The translations under genes were made by a program, and so were the position numbers. A stretch of 62,906 nt of DNA, the filler included, from Sanchytrium tribonematis (lineage: Eukaryota): assembly GCA_018985235.1 (NCBI GenBank). It is 11 parts of 11 records of this genome, joined end to end, with 100 filler letters (N's around TTAATTAATTAA, not from the genome) between each part and the next. Parts side by side here need not be neighbours in the genome. Positions count along the whole stretch, not along the records: positions 43,267 to 62,906 come from JADGIG010000102.1; 10 more parts are not named here. One strand, written 5' to 3'. Numbering within the stretch: position 1 is the first letter of the stretch; every line of letters begins with the position of its first letter. This document shows positions 44,871 to 57,498 of the stretch, piece by piece. The notes under the pieces were generated by a model. That model ran no database searches, was not told where the DNA came from, and was given only the letters and a program-made list of their open reading frames with translations.

Positions 44871-45733
44871 ACTTAAAAATATGTATGCGGAGGCTGAGTC
44901 AAAGCTTACCCACGACTTGGGTGGCCAGCTGTCTAAGTTGTATCTGAAAACAGCCGCCCGGTTGATCGCTGGTAGCATCCGGCTTCCTGCCACTAGTTTT
45001 TCCCAAATGAGACTTGAAGTAGGGAATAGGGTGTCCTGGCTCTCTTCCCCCATATCATGGACAGGGCGTGCTTAATATTTTCTGCGGATAGCTGACTATT
45101 TAGAAAATCTATATCCTCCAGTGTCTCCGATTCATCTGGTTCCGCCATCAGGTCCATCGCATTTGGGTCGGGACCTCCAACCAGCACGACTACTTCTCTC
45201 GCTTTTTTTTCTTGTCGTCTGGTGGTCACGTCGGCTAACATGGCCTCACTAGTCGTGCTTAGGTCAGCACAATTTACTTTCTCTCTCTTCTTAAAGACTA
45301 AGTTCTCCTTAAAGTCCAACAGAGGACTACGCGGTGGGGATGAGGATGTTTCGATTACCCTTTCCCTCTTAGAAATTTCGACCATGACCTTGCGTAGCTT
45401 CTGTAACTTTCCAAAGGAACGATCCCCACGCACTACAATACTGTTAGGCTAGGGCTTACTTTTTTACCAGTAAGTGGTCCGCCCATGGCTGCTCATTGGG
45501 TAAGAGAGCTACAACTTTCCCTAGGAGTGGAGCCTTATTGTATTTCGAGCTGTTCTTGATAGGTGATCTTTATTTTGAAAATAAATTATCCCTTTTTTAG
45601 TATTTGATAAAGCAATAAGATAAAAAAAGTCACAGTCATCGACCCATTTTGGACAAATTTGGTTCGATGATTTAGCACTATGAGTCATAATTTATGACAT
45701 GTAAGAAAATGAACTGTGCAATTTCTAAAATGT

Positions 45734-46130
45734 TTGATTGTAATTACGGGATTCCATTTGGGCATGTTTTCACCTAAGCTGGGTGTTTTGGATTTGTATA
45801 TTTTTTAATTGTGTGTATGGATTTGTCGATATTAATTTCAGCAGCTTGAAAAGATAGCTGGAATAAATTTTCAGATGTTTCAAAATCTAATTTTGCTGAG
45901 TTATTGAAGAAAAATCTGTCTTTAATTATTGAATGATCATGCGGTCAAACCATAATGGTTCTATCATGACATTTTCAGAGCTGATATCAAGAAAAAATTT
46001 CTGTTTTTGATAAATAAATTGGAGTGTTTCGTCTAGTTTTTGAGAAAAAGCGATTGTTTTTGCTTCGTTAAGCTTTATGTTACTCCTCAAATAATCTTGA
46101 ATAATTGATTGTAATTACGGGATTCCATTT
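45734..46130 (+). repeat. 26-bp exact direct repeat TTGATTGTAATTACGGGATTCCATTT at 45734-45759 and 46105-46130
   Basis: Seen directly; weaker similarity continues to GGGTGTTTT downstream of each copy. Confidence 0.85.
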
Positions 46131-47094
46131 AAGCGTATTTTTACTAATATGGTGGGTGTTTTACATGTCATATCCAGAAATTTTATAAAATGCCTTTCCA
46201 AATAAACTCAAATCGTGGCAGATAATATTCCACGCGAATGTCATTTAGAACACTCCAGTAACCCCTTTGCAATTTTTGGCAAAATCACTGGAATTATGTT
46301 CAGTTACCACCTTCTCTAAAGTTCGTTGGCTTTGGTTCAACTCGTAACCTTGCAATATTTTTGAAAAAATAAAAATTCTTGGTTAAAAATGTGATATAAA
46401 ATGCATTGAAATGCTTAGAGAATTCTTATGAATTTGTAAACGTATGCAATGGATTGGAAAATTCTCACTTGCATCAGTACGTTTATATATCATTTTCTTC
46501 AAGATGTTTTCGGCAAATCTATTTAAATTATTTCCAAGCGGTTTTTCGACGTCCGAGAAATGTCAAAGATTAAAAAACTATTGATAGGCATTACTCCATT
46601 GTTTCTTCCTCAAATATTCACATATAAATTTCGCATTTAAATATTTAAATCAATTTTAAAAAACAGCATAATTATTTTTATTCAACTTCAATGAAAGTTT
46701 TTTTGAAACAATGAAATAGGAAGGAAAAACAATTCAACCTCTCCGAATCAATTAAGCAGAAACAAAACCTCGACGAACACTTACTAAACCAAAGTAAGTC
46801 ACATTCAAATAGGCAACATTCAATGGATCTAAAGCTTGAGGAGTCTGGCAATACTCCGGTTCACCAACTGGCTGCCCCATTCCCTTGTACTACTGATCAC
46901 CATAAGTCACTTACTCCTCCATATATTCAAAGTTCCCCTACCCAATCTCCATTACCTGATCATATTTGAGGAAAGCAGTAGCAATCAGCACAAAAAGAGG
47001 GTGCTATTTAATTTATTACTCGGTCAACCCCTGTCCTTTTTACAACCACACTTTTCGGGTTGCTTCGTCATGAAATCAGCGGCATCATGATAAC

Positions 47095-50000
47095 TTTTAT
47101 ATATATATTTATTTATTAAAGCATTTATTAAGATAAATTAAAGGATCTGTTATTTGATTCAATGATGAGATCAAACGTGCAATTTTAACATTTTTCTGGA
47201 TCAAGTTGAAAAATCATGGTTTTTGGCAATAATTGAATAGGCGTAGTGAATGGATCTGTTTGATGATAATAATGGATTTGAGCGACATCGATGGACACTT
47301 TGAGGTTGACTGGCGAATTTCAGTTCATAGAATAAGTCACTTTAGGAAAAAATTGAGGCAGTTCATTCTCCAATTTGAGACGTTGAATTTCATGAATTCA
47401 TTCTTTGACGGTTATAAAGGTCTGACCAGCGATTATAGAAATGATCTACTTTAATAAAGGAATAAATAACAGAATAAATAACATTGTTAATCATTTTAGA
47501 AGCACTTCCAATGAGTTGATTTTGTTTGCAAGTGTTTGCGTGGGTGGGGAAATTTTGAGATTTTTCTCGATTAATGGGAGAACAGTAGCTTGATATACAC
47601 GCAATCGACCACTTTTTTTCAATGATTTATTGAGAAATAGTACTACCTCCCTTGTAGAACCAATAGACTAGGTTGGCAATGCATCATAGTGTAGTCTAAT
47701 TAATGCCAGGTGCTTATCTAAAGGTTCTATTTCGCTTTCTTTCGAAAATTCAAGTCGAAATACGTCTCTCTCTCTTTTGTGTTTCTTTTGCGCATCAATG
47801 CTTTGTATTTAGGGTTGATATTTAACTTCAATATGCTAATATCGGCTTGTGAATGGTAATGCGTAAGATAATCAACTAAGTGATTGATACTTTGGGGATT
47901 TGAGTGATCATAAACCTTCACATATTTGAATTGCATAGATGGTTGTAGCATATTTAATACTTGACTAATAATATCAATACTGTAAATATTATAAAGAGTT
48001 TTGATCCATTCATAACATCTATAAAACCACTATTTGCTGCTTTATTGTCACAGAAGAATGTGATTCTGGGATTTTGGGTGTCAAAGTGCTGGTTTAAGTG
48101 GATAATTGAATTGGCTAGACCGCATATTTTTGCTCTGGTCGAATCAGCAATTTGTAGGTGACTTAATTTGTGTACTTTAAATGCAAAATTCTCTTTTGAG
48201 ATGACAATAAATGCTGAAGTTGCAATGTTGAAAGGTGATTTATGGACACTTGCATCACTGTAAACGTGTATTTCATCACAATTCATTTGATTTTGATAAA
48301 TTCGAATATTTGCTGTCCAATCAGGTGGGATTTGAATCACAGTTTCGCCCTCATGTAAATTGCGAACTGAATCCAACTCATTATTAAATTGAAATGAATG
48401 ACATTAAAATAGTTTGTTAACGAATTTATGGGTTCCAATGCATTTGCTGCAGTCCATCTCCCTGTTTGGATACTTTCGTGTGAATATTTGGTTTAAAAAT
48501 GGATGCTTAACTGCTTGTTTGGATAGTTGCTTGTTCATTGTGAATGAGAATCTGGGTTTAGGGGCAAATTCAGTGCTTTTTAGCTGATTTTGTTTAACTG
48601 CGACTCTGTTTTTAAGTTTTGCTTCTAAACAATGCCATCGCTCTAAGTACGATGAATAGCCACAATTTTCACGTATATCTGCAATGGGAGTTGGGAATGG
48701 GATCCCCAATAGGGCCCTTACAGCCAAATTTATGAAGACATGGAATTTCACGGCGATTTCAGGGATTGGATCATGCAATCCAAGGCCTAATTCCAATATA
48801 GCGTAATAAATGACTGCTTTTAGCCGCATTTTTAAAAATTCCAAGATTGCCAGCAATCGGAGCTTATTCTTAGCTTTTTGTAGATTTCTAGTTGCTTGTT
48901 GATTCCCATTAATTCCGTGGCAATTTGCAGTAAACCAAGCCAATACTCAAAGTCATGGGTCATTGAAAGTGAGCCCAATTCTTGAGAGTCTAGATTGGAT
49001 ATCCAGTTGCACTTCATCATATTCTGTCTTTTTAATAGCATAAATAATGTCATCTGCAAACCATACTGATAAATTGTCCATCCCATCCATTACCATGTCA
49101 ACTAATTTAGTGAAGATATGTAACAGACCACGACCACGAGACTGCAATTTAATATCTCCAATGAGTAGTGGAATATTCTGGCGAGTGCATAGATTAATTG
49201 CGAGTGATTTGTAGTTATCTGGCATATTTAATCCCTCAAATAATTCCATCATTGGCTCATATTTAATTGAATCAAAAGCAGCAATTACGTCGCCCTTTAC
49301 TAGTAGATGCTCATCAGGGTTGTAACCCATTTCCATTAATCTGTTTTGCAGGCACCACGCAGCATCAAGTGTGCTTACGGCTGTTTTGAAACCGTGTTGA
49401 TTTTCTTTCGTGTGTAAAAAATCTATTAAACGAGGTTTCCGCATCAATTCGAAAAACTTGCGAAGTGTAGACACCAGTCCTATAGGCCTATATTCTAATA
49501 TACTTTCATAATTACTTGTGCGGCCCTTGTGAACGGGAACGATCAGAGAATATCTCATCAAATCAGGCATCATCCCATGTTTCCCTATTAAGTTCATGTA
49601 TTTACATAAAAGGGACTTAAATCTGTCTCTAGACTCATATAAAAGCTCATTTTTAACCCCATCATCACCTGTTGAATTGGATTTGGGTGTTTTCATGAGA
49701 ATTTGCAAAAAATCTTCCATTGAGTAGTCATTCCAATTAACAGTGGCTAGTGAATTAGGAACAAATGCATCATGTGCATCATCTTCAAGTTATGGATACA
49801 TATTTGCTAGAAAGAATCTTTGTATCTTTTTACTCTTTAAAGTAGCTTCATAGTCATTGAATTGAGGGTCTGAGTCGGTAAGTGCTAGTTTACTTAGTAA
49901 TTTATCTAATTTCTGAGGGTTGTTCGTAATTTGTGACGCTGAAATGTTGACTTGCGCGGTCATGCTTTCGTGACTGTGGTCTTCTTGTGGAATGCGATTT

Positions 50001-52170
50001 GGTTCTTGGTATTGAGAATATAGAGGTCCAATTCTTAAACAAACTTTTTGCTAAATTATCATAAGCTTCATCATATATATATCATGGTGATTTGGCTCCA
50101 AATGATCAATCATCTTGCACACTCTAGAAATTTTATGGAACGCGGACCGCAAATCATATTTCTTTACGAAATAATCGTCACGCCGCTTCTTCGGAATCGA
50201 TTTGAGGAAGTCATTTATGTCTGTTACTGCATCTGCAACACTAGATCTACGCTTGTACGCGTATTGGACCGGGGTGGTTCTAAAACTTTTTGAGATGTGT
50301 GGTCATACCGAGACCATGGTGCTCAAATATTTTATTATACTCCTTTTCTTTCGGAATTGGAACAAAAATTGTCGATAGCAATTGATCAGGCACTTCTAAA
50401 TTGATTTGCATCTGATTCAGGAGATGTTGAAGCCATTTATAAACAAGTGGATCTGCATGAACAATGAGCTTTATTGTTAGTTTGTCAATACCTGCAGATT
50501 TCGATATTGGCAGGGATTTGGCAGCAGTCTCAATTTCATTAAGCTCAATTAATTGTAAATCATTTGCGACTTGTGACTTGTCAATGAATATATTTAGCAT
50601 TGAATGCTCTAATTCTTGGGCTCTCCATTTATTTTTAACTAAAAAAGTTGCGGATTCCTCAATTTGACTAAAATCAAGCATCACTTTGGGATAAAACTTG
50701 GCTTTCCTGGCGTTCTTAGTCATTTTTAATAAATCCAATCCAGACAGTGATTGTTTATTCTTTTGGATCTTGTAAACATTTTAATTGATCTTTGGTGTAT
50801 TTATCCCAATGATTTAGATTCAATGAAACACTGTCAGAATGAAAATCGTCAAACGCTTGTGAATACTCAATCATATATTGTGGGATTAAATACGGTATTT
50901 TGCGGCCATTTATGGGTATTATAATGGTCATTTTCAACCGAGTTAAATGTAAATTTTGTTTTATCCCCTTTTGGCACTTTAAAAGGATAATCTTGCTGTT
51001 TGGCAGGACGTTATAAAGAAGCATTCTTGAAGGTTAAATCTGAAAGGCGGTATATTGGTGACAGGATCTGATATGCCGTTAGGGAAAGCATTTGCTAGAG
51101 AAATTATAGACTGGGAATCATTAATCAGATTTTATGCTCAAATTCTTGTAATACACTGACTAAATTATCATTAAAATGGGACAAATGGTCATTTGGACCA
51201 ATGTTTCTCATCTCAACATCCTAATTGGATGAATTTGATTGGTCAGAAAGATGGGGTTGTGATTGGGGATTCAAATGCTTTTGAGAATTACTCTCAAGAC
51301 CCTCATCAGAATCAAATGTCATTTGGCCACTCAATGCATTTGCCAATGCATCTACTCGTAAGTCATCGACATTTTTTAAACTTGTTTTTACGCATTTCTT
51401 TGTTGATTTGAGTCTCAGCATCCAGTTTATACGCTTTTAAGTCAAATCCATCACCATTTAGCAACTTTAATGCATTTATCCGGACATAGCTGCGGCCAAA
51501 AAAGCATGTTTGGACTTTCTAATCAGCAAATTGGCACCATATTCAACAATAAAAAATTTCTGAGTGCATTGTCTTCTCGAGGGGCACGATGAATCACATA
51601 TTTGTGCCATTCATCTGATGAAAAAATTTGTAAAAAATGTCCACGAGTTGTTTTATCTGTTTGAAAAGCAGAAATCACATCTCGCAAAGAACTTTCTACT
51701 TAGGCATCAAACACAATTTCTAACAAATTATGTTTACCTATAAACTCCAAATGGGAATAAATGACTTTTAATCTTTTCAAATGACGAACTCGTATTTCGT
51801 AATGCATTTGCAGGACCGGGTCGAATACCTGTCAATAAAATGCGTTTGAATTGATGCGGATCATCAAACTTAGTAAAATCTTTCTACTTTTGCTTTTCAA
51901 ACTTTTTGAACTGTTTAGTTGGTGACGAGAGCCAAAGGCAGATTACAATTAGGGGTATCCGTGTGTCATAAACGTGGTAACTGAACAAGTTTAATATTTA
52001 TAATGAAGGTAAAATTTTTAGTCTTTTTCATTTCAGAATTGTATCTGGGCTTAACTGGGTGCTCTTTCAAAGCGATTCCACTTGGTTCCATCTTAAATCC
52101 ACCCCCTTTGCATGCTAAACAATTACGATGCTAAGACTGCCTGATCACAACTTGTACTTGGCGAATTTCA
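47095..52170 (-). mobile_element. Decayed non-LTR (L1-like) retroelement: ORF1-like relic, partial RT1, RT2, zinc-finger remnant, RNase H; boundaries approximate
   Basis: RT1 KSAGID/VPIPK/QYAY/DLRSAF (50738-50123); RT2 STGDDG/YRPIGL/QHGFK/DVIAAFDSI/FADD (49720-48953); CSKC; RNase H YSDAS...CDNK...DHS; AATAAA and (TA)n near 47095-47130. Confidence 0.8.
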
Positions 52171-52173
52171 GAA

Positions 52174-52229
52174 TTTGGTTTGGGATTTATACATATTTGA
52201 GTTTGGTTTGGGATTAATACATATTTGAG
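52174..52229 (+). repeat. 28-bp tandem duplication (1 mismatch)
   Basis: tttggtttgggatt(t/a)atacatatttgag twice. Confidence 0.9.
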
Positions 52230-53039
52230 TTAGTGAGTGTTTAGCATTCTAAAGTGCAGGTAATTGTTATCGGGACCTCGTAACAATCCATGTTTTTTGA
52301 TGGAAATTGATAAGTATTAATTAGTGTTCTATATGTGAAATAAATCGTAGATAAATTTTGATTTGAGGGATAAATTTGGTGTTAAAATATTCATCTCCCC
52401 GCGGGAGTATCAGACAAGCTTGAAAGTAATCATAAACAGCGCTTTCATTTTCAGAAATTGACTTCAATATTTAACAGTCATTCCAACGTGTTTCGGAAAA
52501 TGTTTAAATCCTTTAAGTAATTTGTGCGGCTTTAAATTTAAATTTGTAGACTAGTTTTCGAATTTCTTTGAATATTGTATTATTTTACCCAGTAGCAGCA
52601 TAGCTCAAATTGGCACCATCAAATTCATAACAAATCAATTTTAAATCATTCTACTTTAAAATAGAATAAGGTTCCCGAATTTGAATTTGAACTCGCAATA
52701 AAAGAATTCAATGTGTACTACATTTAGAGATACTTTAAAAGACGAGCAAATGCGTAATTCAAGCACACCAAAACAGCTGCAACTAGTTTTTGGTCCTCAA
52801 AGAGACTTCATACTATAATGAGATTCAATGAGATTCAATTTTAGTCAAATTATGGTTCACAAAAAATCGAATTTGAATCGAATCAAAGCTACCCACGTGA
52901 TTGTCAGATGGCAAAAGCCATAATTTATATCAGTTTTGTACAAAATAGAATCAGATTTGATCCATCCATTTCAACGAGTGAATCTGATTCTCGAAATACA
53001 CAAATTCAAAACCAATTCCGAAAGTTCTTAAATACTTCA

Positions 53040-53700
53040 ATGTCTGCTTCACCAGCAGAAATGTTGCCACAACTCCAATTTGCTCAGCAACAACAACAGC
53101 TTGAATTACTGGAAATGCAACAGCACCACAATTCTCAAACACAAGCACAAAAACAACAAGGCACTGCTCAATGGAGTGACGATGCTATTCAATATTTATT
53201 TAGTAGAATCGAAAAATTGTGGAAACAATGTTGAAAAGTTAAACAAATCCTAATCAACATCATTTTGAGAAAGTGTCAAACAAGTTCGCTGCATAACACA
53301 TTTATGGACATAATGTGAAATTTGCAAGTATCGAAGAGTTTATGATGGAATGCAAAATGATTATTAATTAAAAATTGACTAAAAAATGGATTGAAAACCA
53401 AGTATTAGAATGTGTATTAGATGGATCTTTCAAAATATCATTAAACTAATTAAAGCAATGCTAAAAAGAAATTGATTAGTCAACAGATCAACTACACAAT
53501 CCACTTATAAAAAGAAAAAATGAAATTAGAAAATTCAGCTGCACAACACATTCAGAAAAGAATCTGCAAATTATGCGGACGATAATAAAAAATATTACAT
53601 TTATGATTGCAAATAAGAAAATGGATCAAAAATTAAACCTTTTATTGTAAATGCAACAACAAGTGCAGCTAAATTAGACTCTATTGAGATCAAAAAAGAT
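53040..53700 (+). pseudogene. Decayed Gln-rich ORF with possible Myb/SANT (trihelix)-like start
   Basis: polyQ, then QWSDDAIQYLF; stops and frameshifts downstream. Confidence 0.3.
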
Positions 53701-54916
53701 TTTATGATGGGATATACTAAAAAAGGATGGGTTACTTAATCATTATTAATCAAATATTTGAATTACATTTTACCATTTGGAAATGCAATATAATTCTATT
53801 TATGATCCAATTAAACTTTATTTACTCCATGAAAATCCACCACTGTGGTCAACTATACACTACTAATGATCACATGGACACATTACAGGATCTAGGCATA
53901 CAAACGGCAGCAACGGAATTTCACCAAGAACATTTCGAATACCATTGGGAAAAACTGCTAAGGGGTAACTGTATTACACTCACTCTAATGCCAAAGAAAC
54001 CCAATCAAACAATTTCTCCACCCTCAAAGTGCGTGGATAGAATATTAATGGTATTTTGAATAATTTTCAATTCAAGATTTGATAACTAAGAAGATATTGA
54101 CATTTCCTGTATCTCAATGTAAAGTTAAACAAGTCGCGCATTGTTCAAGTATTTCCGTGTTTTTAATCCGTCAAATTCTCCATATGGGTGCGCCATTTTC
54201 TATTACCCTCAAAATTATTCTTAAGAAGATCTGAATGTATTGGGATCGGAAACTCACTATAGGAAATGAACAATTGTTTCCTCTTTAATGAGATCACTGC
54301 ATAGCAATTCATACAATGGATTAAAGCAGCAACAAGAAAGAGAAACATTTGTGTGAAAAATGAAATAAATTTATTTTAATTGATCAAGTATTTGACAGAG
54401 TCCCCAGGTTAATCGAGGGCTAAAAGGCACTCATTGGCGATGCAATTGTATATAATGCGCTTGATTAAAACATCACATTGTACGATGACCCTAAACTAAA
54501 GAAACTAGAAATTAAAAGACATTGGGGATTTATTTTAGAAAGAAAATCCATACTATATGTTAAGACCGGTTTCAAGTCATTTTTCAGCACTTTGCCAATT
54601 TTATTGTTAATTTATAAAATCAATTGAAAATTATGACAACATCTCTTTTGAATTGGCCAAATTGCAATGGCAAAATAAAATTAAAAATCTATTGAAAAAA
54701 TAGAGGCAAATTGATACATCAAACACAGTTTAAGTAGATGATGTTAAAGCAAAAACATCAATGAACACTTTAAAAGTACCAATTCCAAGAATTGATTTGA
54801 CACTAAACCTTCCCAATGAGAAAGTGGTAGACTCTACTCGAATTGTGTTCAAATCAATTTATTTCTATATCTAATGGTTGCGTACAGGCTCGTATTTATT
54901 CTAATTTAATCTTTAT

Positions 54917-57454
54917 TTATGCATTTCTCAATACTGAATAACTCCTCTGTCTTTTATTCCATATCCGCCAATTTCCATTCGATTTAAAATATTCATCCAA
55001 AATCAACACAGAACTACTCACAATCACAAGCATCATCACTGTAAATACATTTAATGCACTTGTTTGAAAGATTCTCTGCATAAATGGCACATAAATCGTA
55101 CTCAATTGCCCAATAGTCGTCATCCCAACTGTCCAATTTAATATCTTATTTTGCTGTAATTTCAAGATGCTTCTATCCGGATGCTTACAAGAATACACTA
55201 GAAATACAGTACATAAAAAGAAATTCATAAATACGGCAGACATGGCATATTCCAAATTGTCATAAAATATCAGAAATATAAACACATTCAATAAACTCAT
55301 TAATATCGCATTTCTACCCACAATATTTAATGTATTTCTATCTAGCAAGTGAGAATGTCGTGGTCTAGGTGGTTCTTTAAAGATACTCGCATCTATTTCT
55401 TCAAATGCCAAACTTTGAGCTGTTGGGCCATCCATCAGAATATTAATCCACAGAACCATCATGGGGTTCATCGGGGATGATTTATTCAGCAGACTGCATA
55501 TTCCAATTAATAATAAAGCAGCTACACTGGTGCTCAATTGATATTTTAAAAAGTTTTGCACAGAATGAAACACGCTTTTACCCTGGTGTATTGCCATTAA
55601 AATATGACTCAAATCATCATCAATTAGAATTAAATCACTAGATTCCTTACATACATCCATTGAAGTGCCCATAGAAATACCCACATCTGCAGCACGTAAT
55701 GCAGAAGTATCATTCACACCATCCCCAAGCATCCCAATGACATATGGCTGTATTTTACGATATAATTGAATGATTTTGAGTTTATGGTGTGGCTTCATCC
55801 GATAAAACAAGTTGATTTCTGGCAATTTATTCAATAATTCCAAATCTGAATTATTGTCGATTTCTGAACCAGAAATGCATTTAATATGCTGTAAACCACT
55901 CTGTTCTGCTATATGGACTGCAGTAGATTGTGCATCACCTGTCATAATGATACACGCAATACCCGCATCCTGCAATTTATTGAGTATTTCATTCACATTA
56001 TTTCTGGGTTGATCTACCATCCCAATCATGCCTATAAATGTTAAATCATTATCATGGCAATTATTTGGATTCAATTTCATTGCGAATGAAATCATTCTAA
56101 TGCCTTTATTCCCCCATTTCCATTGAATTTGTTTTAATTCATTTTTCATGTCATTTGTCATTAATTCCCCATAATATCTGGTACATTTAGTCAATATCAC
56201 ATCCAATGCACCTTTAACCACTAATATTTTAGATTTGCCACTATTCAAATTCTGAGATTTCTGAGATTCTACTAAAATCCCCATCCATTTATCTTCTGAT
56301 GAAAATGGTTTCTGCTCCATCTCAACAAAGATATCCTGACAATTGGTCCATTCCCGTAAACAGCAATCCACACTCAATTTAGAAATAGCAGCAATTTTAC
56401 ATGCTTTTTGCAATAAATCCACTCCAATGGTATTTTTGAGATTTGTAAGCACGTGTTGCACACTCAATTGATTCATCGTCAATGTACCCGTCTTATCCAT
56501 AAATAATAAATTAAGAGATCCCAAAGATTCCAATGATTTGGGTGATTTTATAAATACATTTTGATTGGCTAAAATATTGGCAGAAATGCTTAATGTGCAA
56601 CTTATAATAATAGGTAGTCCTTCTGGAATAGCTGCTACTGCCAATGATACGCCCAATGTCAATGTATCTAGCCATGGTTTGCCTTGAATTAATCCAATGA
56701 TAGAAATCACAAAAATGACAATTATTGATATTACAGATAATTGATGGGCTAGGGCGTCTAAAGTGATTTGGAGGGGACTAGGTGGTTTAATTTGGTGTTG
56801 GAATATGTTGGCTATTTGTGTATCATTCCCAATTCTGATGATTAGTGCGTGACAAGTGCCATGGGTTAAAAATGTGCCACAAACACCTTGTCGTTGATTA
56901 TCAAAGGATCTAGAGGGATATCCATGTAAATAACATTGTGAATAATCATCCGATGTATCCATTTGATGTAAATTATGAAAATCAAATTCTATAAATGATT
57001 TCTCAACATGTTCAGATTCTCCAGTAAATGGGGATTCATCCACGTAGACCTGGTTACATTTAATAAATACCACATCTGCAGGAATACAATCACCTGCTTC
57101 TAAATAAATCACATCTCCAACCACCAAATCAGCCACAGAAATAGATTGTAATTTAAAATCACGAATTACTTGACAATATTTAGGAAGGATATTCTTGAGA
57201 GATTCCATTTGTTTATTGGATTGTATATCTTGATATATGGCTACACCACATACAATAATTAATGCTAATAATATAGAAATGGCATTATCATATTCTTGAA
57301 TACATGCTGAAATAATGGCAGAAATCACTAATAATCCATTTAATGGGGATAATAAGGGTTCAAATATGTCATACCAGGGTGCTTGTTCATTAATAATGAT
57401 GTTTTTAGCATGTTTTGATCGAATCATGGCTTCTGAAGTTGATAATCCATTCAT
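54917..57454 (-). CDS. PMR1: Secretory pathway Ca2+/Mn2+ P-type ATPase
   Basis: TGES, AVAAIPEGL, DKTGTLT, KGA, TGD, GDGVND, WINILMDGP.AQSL..E. Confidence 0.93.
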   Translation of the reverse strand: MNGLSTSEAMIRSKHAKNIIINEQAPWYDIFEPLLSPLNGLLVISAIISACIQEYDNAISILLALIIVCGVAIYQDIQSNKQMESLKNILPKYCQVIRDFKLQSISVADLVVGDVIYLEAGDCIPADVVFIKCNQVYVDESPFTGESEHVEKSFIEFDFHNLHQMDTSDDYSQCYLHGYPSRSFDNQRQGVCGTFLTHGTCHALIIRIGNDTQIANIFQHQIKPPSPLQITLDALAHQLSVISIIVIFVISIIGLIQGKPWLDTLTLGVSLAVAAIPEGLPIIISCTLSISANILANQNVFIKSPKSLESLGSLNLLFMDKTGTLTMNQLSVQHVLTNLKNTIGVDLLQKACKIAAISKLSVDCCLREWTNCQDIFVEMEQKPFSSEDKWMGILVESQKSQNLNSGKSKILVVKGALDVILTKCTRYYGELMTNDMKNELKQIQWKWGNKGIRMISFAMKLNPNNCHDNDLTFIGMIGMVDQPRNNVNEILNKLQDAGIACIIMTGDAQSTAVHIAEQSGLQHIKCISGSEIDNNSDLELLNKLPEINLFYRMKPHHKLKIIQLYRKIQPYVIGMLGDGVNDTSALRAADVGISMGTSMDVCKESSDLILIDDDLSHILMAIHQGKSVFHSVQNFLKYQLSTSVAALLLIGICSLLNKSSPMNPMMVLWINILMDGPTAQSLAFEEIDASIFKEPPRPRHSHLLDRNTLNIVGRNAILMSLLNVFIFLIFYDNLEYAMSAVFMNFFLCTVFLVYSCKHPDRSILKLQQNKILNWTVGMTTIGQLSTIYVPFMQRIFQTSALNVFTVMMLVIVSSSVLILDEYFKSNGNWRIWNKRQRSYSVLRNA

Positions 57455-57498
57455 TTGTTTCAAAAAATAAAATGGCAAAAAATAATCATCTCATATAT

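Noticed and set aside
45734..46130. 26-bp direct repeat as CRISPR repeat or LTR pair
   Set aside because: Only two copies 371 bp apart in a eukaryotic context, with no cas genes or LTR hallmarks.
52595..52615. tRNA-like 5' half GCAGCATAGCTCAAATTGG
   Set aside because: No anticodon arm, T-arm or acceptor complement follows.
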